Source: Podarcis vaucheri (taxonomy: Eukaryota). From it: DNA of 64,000 bases. Location of the stretch: NCBI GenBank assembly GCA_965113315.1, contig OZ220363.1; one strand, 5' to 3'. The translations under genes were made by a program, and so were the position numbers. Below, piece after piece: positions 24,951 to 37,956 of this stretch; within the stretch, counting starts at the first letter, position 1; each line of letters opens with the position of its first letter. The notes under the pieces were generated by a model, which worked only from the letters and a program-made list of their open reading frames with translations, ran no database searches and was not told where the DNA came from.

Positions 24951-24994
<44 letters not shown>
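24713..24994 (+). mobile_element. Rex1/Babar LINE 3' fragment with (CTAT)n tail
   Basis: tctaggacaaatagactgaaaaacagtttctatccaagagct = SRTNRLKNSFYPRA; tgacaataaag + (CTAT)n; TSD atgcaa. Confidence 0.85.
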
Positions 24995-24996
<2 letters not shown>

Positions 24997-26855
24997 GCAA
25001 CCATCCAAAGGCCTGAAATCTGCAGCTCATACTTTTCAAATGTGAAGGGCAAGAAGTCCATATGATTTGACCCTCTGTAACCCTGGAGCATCCATGTTCC
25101 ATGTTGCATTACAAGTGTTTACATTACATTACAAGAGGAGGGAATGCCTGCTGTTCATCAGAGGGACAGGCCCTTCTGACATTGGAAGAGGAATAAATGT
25201 ATTGCCAGATAATTAGCCGACAGAATAGTCAGACACCATCAGATAATTGGTAGATGAAACAGTCTGGAAAAAATGGTGTATAGATGTAAATGTAACATGT
25301 AGATATAGATGTGTGTGCATCTATCTAATTTCTATTTTACTTCCATTGCGCTAATTATGTCAACTGCAACATAGTGTAGGGTGCTTTCCAACTCTACAGT
25401 TCTATGATTCTACAAGAGAAAAACAGAAAATAAGTTGATCTGGTAAAAAAAAAAAATCGAGGTTGGAAAGCCATATCTTATAAAGCAGAATACAATAGAA
25501 TGTTATTTATTCTCAACTGGGAAATTAAACTACTATTTTGAGAATTTGCCATTTTTTCTACAGCGCACCATCACTATTTAAAGCAGCGACACTTAAGGAA
25601 TTTGAATGTTGTGAGTTCGGAATGTACAGATCAGAACAGCAATTTTGCACTTCTCAAATGTTGCAGCACAGTTCTCGATATAAATGTATCCAAAATGCAT
25701 TTAAATATGAATTTTGCAAAAAAAACCCCACAACAACACCAAAAACCATTAGCATATGCACATTGAGATTGTATTTTTAAAAATGCAGATTGATATAGAA
25801 GTGAATGGAATAACTATTAACTATGGGTAAAAACAAGAAGTGGCACAGATCAGAAGTAGGCTGACTTGTCCATTTCTGATTTAAAATATGAAAACTATGT
25901 AACTTGGGTTCTGTGAGCATGACTTGGCTCACAGCATTGTAATTATCTAAATCTAGTTAATATTATCATCTAGCTTGCTGAACATAAGGGGTTCTTGTGG
26001 GGACTATTTGACCTCTCCTTCCAGTGAGCAATTCAGCCATCTTGAAGGTTGCAGTATGTGTTTTTTTGGTTTGTAGCTGATCAATCAGGGGAGTGGTTTA
26101 AGTGTCCTTGAGGAAAATTTGCATAGAAATACGTTTCTATTATGTGTAAATAATAATATATTACATAAAACATTTGTGTAATTGATGAGCTCCAGAGACC
26201 AACAGAGAGTGCTTCAATACATTGCATAAGGCATCAGTTGCTCTGTCAGCACATAGTAATACACAACAAGATATAGTGCTATTCCTCTTCCAGTTACCTC
26301 CATAGATCAAGGACACATAGAAAGGCATTCTTGGTGAATGTTCCTCTTTTCCCCAGAGTCCACCAAAGTCTGAGACCGTGCTTTCGAGACAAACTGTAAG
26401 TCAGAGCTAAGCAGTTGTGGAGTAGTTCTCCATTTGTGCAACAGGGGTTCCTCTTCTTTCCCCTTTCCTTCGTTCCTTTCTCCTTTGTGATTTCCTGTGT
26501 CTCCCACAGATTTGCTCTGGAAGGTGTCTGAACACTTCAGAACAGATTTTGGGGACATGAGGTGGCTGCTAGGGGCAGGGGAATACATTCCACCAACGGT
26601 GTCCATTCCACTGGTGGATGTACATTGATGGATTTCATCCACTGTTTTTATTTTGTTTGTTTTTTTAATATTCTTTTTAACTGCACTGAGTATTTGAAAG
26701 AGTGAGATTGGCTCAATCCAATCAGTGCATATATTGCTGCAGAAACAAAGCTACTGGTTGAAAGTAAAAACATTTCTACTGAGATGTTTTCTTGAAACTG
26801 ACGTTCCAGTGCAGCCTGGGCAACAATGCATAGAATGTGTTACATTCCTTTAAGT

Positions 26856-26959
26856 CAGGGGTGGCTAACTCAGAATCCATGGTCATTGGTCCTGCTTACT
26901 GGGACTGATGGGAGTTGTACTTCAGCAACCTCTGGGGTGCCACAGGTTAGCCACCCCTG
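26856..26959. mobile_element. hAT MITE, internally deleted
   Basis: Perfect 14-bp TIR caggggtggctaac / gttagccacccctg; TSD ctttaagt / ctttaatt. Confidence 0.88.
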
Positions 26960-26974
26960 CTTTAATTTATTTAT

Positions 26975-27009
<35 letters not shown>

Positions 27010-27051
27010 GAGGAAGGGAGGGAGGGAGGGAGGGAGGGAGGGAGGGAGGAA
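26975..27051. repeat. Polypurine (AAAG)n(GGGA)n tract
   Basis: Read directly from the sequence. Confidence 0.95.
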
Positions 27052-27103
27052 GGCACCTTGATAATGCTATAGTTATGAAAGGTAGTCATTTATATTTGAG
27101 CAT

Positions 27104-27849
27104 TGTTCTGCAAGCTTTGCAAAGGCCATCTTGGTAGTCAAGAAAACCCCACAATTAACTGGTAGTTGTGGTAACAGTAAGCGTATATATGTTTATAGTC
27201 ACTTGCTCCGATATAAGCTAATTGGCTTGCTTTGATGTTATTGTTATCTGTGGGCTTGGGCTGCTGCGTTCTGAGCCCAGAACTATTTGTAAGACTTGGG
27301 TATTTGCCACCTCTGCAGTGGTGTAGCATGGGTTGCCGGTGCACAGGGTGGGGCAAGTGTTGTGTCCCCCAAGAGGACTGGGCAGCTGGGGTAGGGGGGG
27401 CGTACAGAGCCCACACAGAGGGTGAACAAACCCTGCCTCCAACAAGCTCCTTGCCCATCCACCCACCTGCCCACTAGACCAACCAGCCTGCTACCAGGGC
27501 TCTGTGCCTGTTGTGTGGGCATCTGATTGCACCTCCTCAAAAATATGTGCCTGGGGCCATGGCCCCCTGCTCCCCCTGCTACACCTCTGAATCTATTCCC
27601 TCATGTGGTCAGGTGAAGCGATGGGAAGTCCTAGACAAAGTGGCATATGCTATCTACAATCAATCTCCTTGCTGCGGTGTCAACCCGTGTCTATAAAAGC
27701 TAGGAGACCTGGCAGACTGCTTTGCTGTAAGTCTACACCCTTCTTTAATAAAGCACTAGAACAGATTACTGGTGTTTTTGACATCCTTCTTTGGTATCCC
27801 TGAACCCACCACTCCCATGAGCCCTCTTTTGGGCCTACGGTTCAGAACA
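27104..27849 (+). mobile_element. Solo LTR with nested hAT MITE
   Basis: Ends tgttctg / cagaaca; perfect 5-bp TSD agcat (27099-27103 and 27850-27854); TATAAAA at 27692; AATAAA at 27747. Confidence 0.88.
27316..27589. mobile_element. hAT-type MITE inside the solo LTR
   Basis: Ends cagtggtgtagc / gctacacctctg, same TIR class as 19609; right TSD ambiguous. Confidence 0.7.
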
Positions 27850-29585
27850 AGCATACATTACCCATTTTAACACTCCTCTGTGTTTTCTATGACTTGTAGC
27901 GATATTGATCCGTAAGCCAGCTGAAGAATGTGACAGTGTCTCTTTGCTATAGTGGTTAGCTCACAATTGATGCACTCTTGCAAGATGGCTTATTTCTTCC
28001 AGTAATAAGTGTATCTATCGCGCACACATGCTCTGTTACTGAGATGGAGAACAGTCTCAGAGCACTAGCTCTGACCCTGAAAGGCAAGAGCAAAGTGATT
28101 CAGGGGGATGGGGAGAAGTGTTGAAACCAACAGCTCAGGCCCTGAACAAGCAATCAACATTTAGAAGTCATTGTGCACCATCAAGTTGTGAAAATGAGAG
28201 GGAGCATGATGTGTGCACAGCCCTGAACAGAGCTTGGAAAAGAGCCCTAATGACTTGACAGAGAGCATTACTTTAATGAAACCACTGCAGCTCTGAAGAA
28301 TGCTTCACGAAGACATGTTCATGCTGTATTCTTCTGTCACCACTGTTGGCCAGAGTGCCAAGTTGATAATTAATGAAGCAGCAACTCTTGCCTAATGGCA
28401 TAAACACTTGGTTACTCTTTTGAATAAAATGTGAGTTTGATTGACTCAGATCCACTATTTGCAATCTCATAAAACCATAGCCATGGACAATAATTGATTT
28501 ACTCTCCTCTCCAGTTGGCATTGCTGTACAATGAGAAACAGTTCAGCACATAAGTGCCTTGGATCGGATATGCCGTATTCATTCACTATGAATTACTAAC
28601 AAGACGCAGAAGTCCCTCTTTAGAGCTTTGGTGTGAAATGCTGTGTTCTTCTACATTTCCTTTTGCTTGTTTAAACACAGCTAGGATCGCCAGTATGAAG
28701 TGTTTCCATAATTCAGCTTTGACATCCAAAATCATGGCCAATTCAAATTCTGGAGCTCACACCTCAATGAAAAAAATAGCCTTCAATTCAGCAAATAGAA
28801 TTTCACATGCATAGATTACTTGAAAAGTTTCTTCGGAATCTTTGAAACCCTTTGTTATTTAAGTCAGAATTATCATGGGATAAACTTACATCAATTTGGT
28901 GCAACATGTCTTTGAAACTGTACTAATATGAGCATTTCCATCACACAGAATATGGAAATAATCTAAGACACTCTTTCCTTTACACGTGCTCTCTAAAATG
29001 TGCATTCATTTTTACCTAAGTGCCCACTAACAGAATGTATGGTCAGCCACTGCTAAATTGTTCAGAACCAGCCTAGTCCCATGCTGATCCAGGGACGAGG
29101 AATACAATAGTGGATCCATGTTAGCTGGTTAAAAAAACAGTCAAATAATGGCTTACTTTTCAAGTGTTATGAATAGCCAAATGTTTGGAAGATGATTGGT
29201 TTATAGTCCAGAATTGTTTGGAGATTCTTTCCTGATTGACTGTGAATCTCTGTGTTTGAATGGCATCTGCACCAGAACCTGAAGATGGTGACAGACCCCC
29301 CTCAACCTGAAGGACTGATCTGAATAAATAACAGTTTTGTGGTGAAGGAGAAAGCAAAATCCCCCTCAGTCTTTGCAGTCTTTGGTGCAACAGGAAATCT
29401 TGCTGGCAACTTAAACTAACCAAACAACACCTTCTCCATTCTATTATAAAGAGTCTCACAATGACAAAGTAGTTCCCCACTAGGCCCTGTGAGACCTCAG
29501 ACGTGACCTCCAAGGCCCCATGAGGCTCCAGAAGAAGTTGGATGTGACCTCTGAGGCCCTGCCAGGCCTCCAACACAACTTTCAG

Positions 29586-29815
29586 GGAACCAGGCAGAGG
29601 GCCTTCTCGGTAGTGGTGCCTTCCCTGTGGAACGCCCTCCCACCAGATGTCAAAGAGAACAACAACTACCAGACTTTTAGAAGACATCTGAAGACAGCCC
29701 TGTTTAGGGAAGCTTTTAATGTTTGATGTATTATATTATAGTATTTCAAATTTTTTTGGAAGCCGCCCAGAGTGGCTGGGGAAGCCCAGCCAGATGGGCG
29801 GGGTATAAATAATAA

Positions 29816-29864
<49 letters not shown>
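29586..29864 (+). mobile_element. L2 LINE 3' fragment with long (TTA)n tail
   Basis: GTRQRAFSVVVPSLWNALPPDVK..FRRHLKTALF; terminal stem-loop; TSD tttcag. Confidence 0.93.
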
Positions 29865-29866
<2 letters not shown>

Positions 29867-30840
29867 TCAGTTATTCATGAGGACCTGGAAGTTACATCGG
29901 AGGCTCTGCGGTGTGGGTGCCAAGCACCCACAAAAAAATGTGGGTGCCCAAGCCCCCAGGGCCCTCTGGAATTGGTGCCAGTATATCCAACAAAGCTATA
30001 CTCAGAGTAGATCCATTGAATTCAATGGACTTAAGTTCATGGATTTCCATTGGTTTATTGAGTATGACTCAAATTCAATAACAGCCAAGACTGTGGATAT
30101 ACCTTTTTATCTATCAAGGCTGGCATGCTGCATGTGGAAAAGACAATGTAAGTTTTAGGAATCAAGACTATTTGGAAAGCAAGGCCAAAGTTCTCGCTAT
30201 GCAAAACTATGTAAAGTTTCTGAGAGCTTTCTCCAAGCTCTGAGACTGAAGCAATTTTTATAAACAAACTTGAAGGAAACATAACAGAATTATGCCTGCA
30301 AATCCGGAACAATTTATTTATGATCTTTCAAACTTCAATATATTAACTTCTTTTCAAAGCACAGAATAAACCTATCTAAATGTCTTCTTTACTTTTGCGT
30401 TAAGGACTAAAGAGATGTGACTTTGTCATCAAAGGAGCGTGTGATGTTGAAGTGAAATTAAATTTATACTTTCAAATGCCAAGACAATAGGAAAGAGTTT
30501 CAAAAACAACTTCAACATTGCTCATTCTCCCCCCACCCCCACCTCTTTCCGAAGTACCGGTGATGGCATCTTCTTAGAAATGTGATAAAATGAAAAGTAG
30601 ATATCCTGTGCCCCAAATGCCTTAACTTTTCATTATTATGACAATACATGTACTGACTTTCTTATTTTGTTTTCTTTATGTCAAGGATGCACACTGACTT
30701 CTTGCCAGCACAAAGATACCACAATATATTAATAATAAATACAATAAAAATCCACACCTGTTTAAATTAAGCAAAAATGTGAAAAGAATCCTAATATTCT
30801 TTTATGTCTTATGATTTATAGCACCCTTATACACCTTTTA

Positions 30841-31206
30841 GGGGGGACACGGGTGGCGCTGTGGTCTAAACCACTGAGCCTAGGGCTTGCCGGTTGGAAG
30901 GTCGGTGGTTCAAATCCCCGCAACAGGGTGAGCTCCCGTTGCTCGGTCCCAGCTCCTGCCAACCTAGCAGTATGAAAGCACATAAAAGTGCAAGTAGATA
31001 AATAGGTACCACTCAGGCGGGAAGGTAAAAGGCATTTCCGTGCGCTGCTCTGGTTTCGCCAGAAGCGGCTTAGTCATGCTGGCCACATGACCCGGAAAAA
31101 ACTGTCTGCAGACAAACTCCTGCTCCCTCTGCCAGTAAAGCGAGATGAGCGCCGCAACCCCAGAGTTGTTTGCGACTGGGCTTAACTGTCAGGGGTCCTT
31201 TACCTT
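30841..31206 (+). mobile_element. Sauria SINE (full length)
   Basis: gggacacgggtggcgctgtgg head, ggttcaaatcc B box, cctttaccttt tail; 14-bp TSD ttatacacctttta. Confidence 0.96.
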
Positions 31207-31356
31207 TTATACACCTTTTAAGGGTCTAATGAAGAATCCCTTGAAGTCAGTGTAAAAATCGCCACAGCTTCACTTCAGATTCACTTGATCCACTTGTGAT
31301 TCAGTGAAACACTGAATCCCCAGGTCACAAACTGAACTGAAGGCAAGGCATCCAAG

Positions 31357-31650
31357 CAGGGGCGTAGGAAGCGGGGTGCGCAATCCGCCCTGGGTGTCAT
31401 CCCTGAGGGGGTGACAGAATGGCTTACTGTGGGGGGCACCACTTACCGTGGGGCCTGGCCTGCAGCACGCCTGAGCCACGCGTCTCTTTTTTGAGTGACA
31501 CGGTGGCTCAGGGCCCCACGGTGCCCGAAAACGCAGTGTGAGGCTTGTGTCTGCCAGGCGGACTCCGTGGGCAGCTTGCTGCGGTGTCCCCCTGGGCAGA
31601 TCGCCTTGCCCCCACCACTCCATGTGCCGGAGAAGCTAGCTACGCCCCTA
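31357..31650. mobile_element. hAT MITE
   Basis: TIR caggggcgtag / ctacgccccta; TSD catccaag / catctaag. Confidence 0.88.
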
Positions 31651-32050
31651 CATCTAAGCACTCCTTTGATGCACATTTGTTGCTGCAACACACACATTTC
31701 ATGTTAGCAAGGCTAGCTACATTTCATATGGAGAACTGGGGGTGGATGAATCTATTGGTTTAGTTTATCTTTCCCATCTTAAATTCACCCCCCCCACACA
31801 CACACACACATTCCCACAGCAAAGGTGGATCAAAGGTAGGCAGAAGGCAGATAACTGGATGACCTGCAGGAGTTCTCCAAGCATTTCTGGATTCCAGTGT
31901 TTCAACAATCACAACAAAATGGTTTCGCCCCTTCTAAAGCAGATTGCTAAAGAAAAGAAATATAGGGGACAGAGACAACCAAGAATGGAATCATGAGCTT
32001 AGTTCTGGTATTAAAAACAAACAAAACAAAACACCCTAGCATGTAAAGTG

Positions 32051-32142
32051 CATAGCTGTCAATGTTTCCCTTTTTTAAAAAGGGAAATTCCCTTATTCGG
32101 AATAGGATTCCTCGCAAGAAAAGGGAAAAGTTGACAGCTATG
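32051..32142. mobile_element. 92-bp hAT-type MITE
   Basis: TIR catagctgtcaa / ttgacagctatg extending into ttccctttt / aaaagggaa; TSD gtaaagtg / gtaaagta. Confidence 0.9.
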
Positions 32143-32724
32143 GTAAAGTAGGGCTTAGAAAGACCTCTGTCAGCTATTTGCAGTCAGTGTGAACAATATT
32201 GAACTAAATGGTGGTCTGACTGTTCTGAAACTAATTCCCTAGTGAAATATAAGCAATGGTAAAATGAATACATGTACATTGGTGGGTTGTTGTTTTAAAT
32301 CACTAATTACATATTCAGTAAATATCCATGACCATATATAGAAAAAAAAGTCCACGTAGCAGCATTTGTAATCAGTGTGAAGGAAACATGCACAAGAAAG
32401 TTATTCTGCAGTTCATATACACTGTGTGCTTTGGAGACGGTATGCCTTAAATCTAATTTACAGCAGGCCCCTTCCAAGCTGCAACAGAATGGGGACACTG
32501 TTAAAAATAATCAATAGCACATCTATAGCAGCATTATTATTTTTTCATGTGAAAACTGTAAATTGTTTCTACTTAACAAGCAAATATATACCCCATCACT
32601 GGTCTCCAGGTCACAAAAGAGGGTTATCCTGTCACCATCACTGATTTTTGAAGAGTGTGACATGTATTTAGTTGTCAGCTCCTATCAGCAGTATTCACGA
32701 ATCAACATTGCATCAGCAGCAAAG

Positions 32725-32880
32725 NNNNNNNNNNNNNNNNNNNNNNNNNNNNNNNNNNNNNNNNNNNNNNNNNNNNNNNNNNNNNNNNNNNNNNNNNNNN
32801 NNNNNNNNNNNNNNNNNNNNNNNNNNNNNNNNNNNNNNNNNNNNNNNNNNNNNNNNNNNNNNNNNNNNNNNNNNNNNNNN
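32725..32880. other. Assembly gap (N run)
   Basis: 156 N. Confidence 1.
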
Positions 32881-33930
32881 TTAAGAAAACATAATGCATG
32901 CATATAAAATTCAAATTGTCGAGACACCTCGAACAAAAATTAGTTTCTCTATTAAGGCATTCTTAGTAGCTGGTTAACATGTAAAACTCTTAAAGTGTAT
33001 TTTAAAATAATCATGAAATAATAGTGCATGTCACTGAAGGTAAACATTTTATCGTGAGAGGTTTACTCAGGCAAGAGTTTGATATGAAAGTTTTACTTGC
33101 AGAACTTCTAGGGGGGAATTTATGAGGGTACGCCACAGGCAAACAGGACTTTGGTTGAACTCCTCCAAAAGTTTATGTAGAGTAATTCCATAAAGCCCTA
33201 TGGGGCAACTCTTGTATTGATGTATGAGAAACATTTAGCAATAACATACACTAGTCTTATTCCCATTGCCATTCTTTGAATCGCATAATACAACTAGGTA
33301 ATTTTAGACTTTGAGCTAATGGTCTTATAGGGCTCCTTTGCAGATAGCCACATTAACATTTCTCTAACTGCTTCTACATATCTGATATGTTAAAGCAACA
33401 GTTTGCTACCCTTGAGGTTTTTTAAAAAAGAAATACTCTGAGCCTATGCAGTTTTGCATTCTAAATTCACTGAAATTGAGGCAAATAGTACCTCTGCCTC
33501 GTGCAATGAAGCATTAATCTCTCCCTGGATCCACCTAGTCAATCCCTCATGGCTAACTTTAAAAAGTCAAGGTAGGCAGGGGTCCAGGGAGCACATGATC
33601 CGCTGCACTTGCCACAACTTCAGCCCACAATAATTGAATCTAATCCAGTTCAGAGGGGACAGACAGTTCTCTGGAAACCTGCTCCGGACTTGCTCTAACT
33701 GTAGCACCCAGCTGTGTTGGAAAGGTTTTCAAATCGCTGAAAATAGAGAGATTCCATACTTTACTATTACACCTCTCTTTTCACACCCACATCCAGAATT
33801 GTAAAGCCCTTACTGCAGGATAGCAGCATATTAATATGGAGGCTGATCCCAAGAGCCATCACTATGGGGAGAGCTAGCCAGGTTTTTTGCCCTGGGTGAA
33901 GCCTCCAGAGGGATGCCATTGAGGCTCCCA

Positions 33931-33967
<37 letters not shown>

Positions 33968-34516
33968 GCACCCCATTACGTTTGTTTAAAAAAGGGCTAT
34001 CTGAGGTATCTAACTGTTAGAGATGCAATAGGGATGATAATTCTCTAAAACTTATGTTTTTTTCATTTTGTTTTGGAAAAATAAAAATGTGGCTCCCTTC
34101 TATGATTGGATTGAAGACTTATACAAACAAACAACATATGAACAACTTGCATATAAATGCAGACTTGCCATGGACAAATTCAATGATATTTGGAATCCAT
34201 TCTTACAAATACTGTAATGGGTTAAGAACTGGTGAAGTACAATAACAACTTTGTAAAGTATACAATTTTGGGTTTCTTCCCCTCCCCCCCTTTATTTTCC
34301 CTTCTACATGGGTGCGCTCTCTCTCTTATTTACATCTCACCATGTTTAGTGCACATATAATTATGTACTTTTCTGAACTTTCAGTAAACATATTGGATGG
34401 GTGAAGCCCAGTTTTGCCCCTGTGATCACCCATGAAGGTGTTTGGTTGTGTAGGAAAAGACACTGTCAGCCCCTGGATCATTGCCTGAGAACAGAGTGGT
34501 CCTCAGGAAGGCCAAA

Positions 34517-34645
34517 GCTTGCCAGCTCAGTTGCTCCAGCATGAGACCCTTAATCTCTGGGTTGTGGGTTCAAGCCCCAAACTGAGCAAAAGATTCTTGG
34601 ACTAGATGACCCTTGTGGACCCTTCCAATGCTACAATTCTATGAT
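34517..34645 (+). mobile_element. tRNA-Lys-derived SINE with CR1 3' tail
   Basis: agctcagtt..agcatgagacccttaatctctgggttgtgggttcaagccc resembles tRNA-Lys(CTT); then ttggactagatgaccc..cttccaa..attctatg. Confidence 0.8.
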
Positions 34646-36125
34646 TTATTGCCATATTTATTTTACTACACCTATGTAGAACAGTTGTTGGCAAGCTGTG
34701 ACGATACCCACAATGGGCGCAGAGTGTTTCCGTGGGGAGGGACACAAAATTGGAGAGTTGTAGTTTCCTGAGCTACATGTCCTTAAATGAAGACTAGAGA
34801 ATATGTTCAAAATGTGACCAGCATGAGCTGAAAACAAGAAAGGTCCTCTACCTTTTATACAAACAAAATGCAAATGAAAAGAACCTCACTTATTTTGCAT
34901 TATTTTATTAATGCAGAGTGATTGATAAATTAGGAAACAATTGCTCCTAGAGTGACCGCTACTGTTGTTGCATAGTTCTCAAATCAAATCCTTAGCCTGC
35001 TCCGTGGGGGCTCTCTATATCGACAGGAAATGTTATTAAAGAAGCTAACAAATGAATAATCATTCCCAACAACTCACAGCAGTGCTCTCAGTGGGAAAGT
35101 GTAAGAAAGGGGGAAAGTTTTGAAGCAGTGGACTGATTAGGGTGAGGATGATTCTCTGTCAGGCGAATGCATTGTGTAAGTGTCCCTCAGGAGACAGAAT
35201 TTTCACCTGAAAAGAAACAGCATTATGAACAGTACAGACTGTCGCTTGCAGGACACTGATCTTATTAAGAATGAATGCTAATTTTCACACTATCTCCCGC
35301 TGAACTGGAATCCAGTTTACCACTGGGTTTGTTAATTTACACGGGACACCATTATCTTCAGTTGGTCTTAATGTTTCCAAGTGGAGGTCATTAACTGCTG
35401 GGATCATGATTATCCAGCATGAATTACAGACAGTATCATAGAAATACATTTTTTTCATACCTTTCATTTCTCCATGTGCTATTCTTTAAAGATGGTGTTT
35501 AATTTTTGTCACTTCTATTCACACAGAATCCATTCTGGGATATCGTCTTTTCCCCTCAAAAAGGAAGAAATGCAATTATAAAGAAAGGGCAATGGTTTTG
35601 AACTCCATGTACAGTAATTGGAATATCTGATCAAATTAACATGCTGCCTTTGAAAATAAAGGTAAATTAATAAGGCTGCAACTCTCAAATTTCTGCTTCC
35701 TAGGCATCCCACACTCATTTGTGAGAGTTTTTTTTTCTCCAGGCTTGTAAGCATAAAATTTCCTGTACCCAAGTTGCATAAGAGACAGGGAGAAAATATT
35801 CCAGAACTGGGCTTCGATTAGGGGGAGGTACAGATTTGTGACAAGGGTTAGCGAAAGGAATTTATTATAGCATATTGTTCTGATTCAATGGTTCCTTGTA
35901 CAAATAAGCATTCTGAATAGCACATGGAATTCCTTTACTGAGGTTTTCACTTTAGTTGAGTTAGTGGGACATTTTATTCAACCAGTAGTTACCATGACTT
36001 TGAAAGCCCTAAACTACTTGGGTCCTGATAATTTCAATGAACACCTTCTCACATTAGTCCCCCCAGTCTCACATTTATCTTCTGATTACAGGTAGGTAGC
36101 CATGTTGATCTTCTAACTTCTTCTT

Positions 36126-36244
36126 GGAACTCAGTATGGTGTAGTGGTTAAGAGCGGTAGTCTCGTTATCTGGGGAACCGGGTTCGCGTCTCCGCTCCTC
36201 CACATGCAGCTGCTGGGTGACCTTGGGCCAGTCGCACTTCTTTG
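36126..36244 (+). mobile_element. Squam3-like SINE, 5' half (split by L1)
   Basis: tggtgtagtggttaagagcggtag...gggtgaccttgggccagtcgcacttc; continues at 39142. Confidence 0.9.
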
Positions 36245-36663
36245 TTGTTGTTTTTTTTAATCATATTTTTTATTTGCTTTTTTCCAGGTAACAAATTCAA
36301 ATACATCATCATCCATAGCACAACAAAAGCATTTTTACAGAAAGAGAAGAAAAGAGTTAGAAAAGAAAATATTCATCTTTCCAAAGCATTTTTTCATGAT
36401 CTACTGGACTTCCCCACATCTTCCACACCCTGCATTCTTTACAATAAAATCACAGCAAATTATAACCTTGTTTCATGTGTTTTTTATACTTTCATTTAAT
36501 TATAATTTAGGTTTAGAATATTTATTGTTAAATCACCTATTATTTTCCATCGATCCTAAAAAAGTTTTACTCTAAACTTTGGTCTTTTCATAGTTATAAC
36601 TTAATTTCCACCATTTTTAAATTTTATTTGCTAAAGCTAATTCTTCAAAAACTTAGCAAATTC

Positions 36664-37956
36664 TCAGCATTCATACAACTTATAGTGTTTTTGTAAATAG
36701 TCCTTAAATTTCTTCCAGTCCTCTTCTATTGTTTCTTCACCCAGGTTTCGGATTCTGCCAGTCATTTCAGCCAATTCCATATAGTCCATCAGTTGCGTAT
36801 GCCACTCTTCCAGCGTGGGTAACTCCTGTGACTTCCAATGTTTGGCAATAAGAATTCTTGCTGCTGTAGTTGCATATAAGAAAAAGGTTCTATCCTTCTT
36901 TATCACTCTCTGGCCGACTATGCCCAGGAGGAAGGCCTCTGGTTTCTTGTGGAAGGTATACTTAAATACCTTTTTTAATTCATTATAAATCATTTCCCAG
37001 AAGGCCTTCACCCTCGGGCATGTCCACCAGAGGTGAAAGAACGTTCCTTCAGCCTCTTTACATTTCCAACATTTATTGTCAGACAAGTGATATATCTTTG
37101 CCAGCTTGACTGGGGTCATGTACCACCTGTATATCATTTTCATAATGTTTTCTTTCAAGGCATTACATGCCGTGAATTTAATGCCGGTGGTCCATAACCT
37201 TTCCCAGTCTTCAAACATAATGTTGTACCCAATGTCTTGAGCCCATTTTATCATGGCTGATTTAACTGTCTCATCCTGTGTGTTCCATTTAAGCAGCAAG
37301 TTATACATTCTAGAAAGCGCTTTAGTCTTTGGTTCAAGTAATTCTGTCTCTAGTTTCAATTTCTCCACCTGGAAACCAACTTTTTTGTCCTTTTTAAAAA
37401 TCTCTTGAATTTGGGCATAATGTAACCAGCCTCGCACCTTGTTTTTCAATTTGTCCAAACTCTGCAACCTCCAATTATCTCCAATTTTTTCTATTATTTC
37501 ACAGTATTTTGCCCAACCAACCTCCATATTAAGTCTTTTTGTGGCCTTTGCCTCTATTGGTGAGAGCCACCTCGGTGTTTTATTTTCGAACAAATCCTTA
37601 TATTTAGTCCAGACAATGAATAAAGCTCTCCTGACAATATGGTTTTTAAACAATTTGTGAACCTTTACCTTGTCGTACCACAAATATGCATGCCATCCAA
37701 AAGCATTGTTAAACCCTTCCAGATCTAGGACATCAGTGTTTTCTAGTAAAAACCAATCTTTCATCCAGCAGAAAGATGCAGCTTCATAATATAACCTTAA
37801 GTCCGGCAGGGCAAATCCCCCTCTTTTTTTCGCATCTGTTAGTATTTTAAATTTTATCCTGGGTTTTTTGCCCTGCCAGACAAACTTCGAGATATCTTTC
37901 TGCCACTTTCCAAAACATTCCACTCTGAAACAGAAACAACATCCTAGGCAATACAT
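36664..37956 (-). pseudogene. L1 ORF2 C-terminal region with CCHC zinc knuckle
   Basis: FVWQGKKPRI, KKRGGFALPDLRLYY, CWKCKEAEGTFFHLWWTC; in a different frame from the RT part. Confidence 0.93.

Noticed and set aside
32563-32936. ORFs spanning N runs (also 54819-55034)
   Set aside because: Artefacts of assembly gaps
34517-34590. tRNA-like sequences here and at 59165 as real tRNA genes
   Set aside because: Stems are decayed and both run straight into CR1 tails, so they are SINE heads
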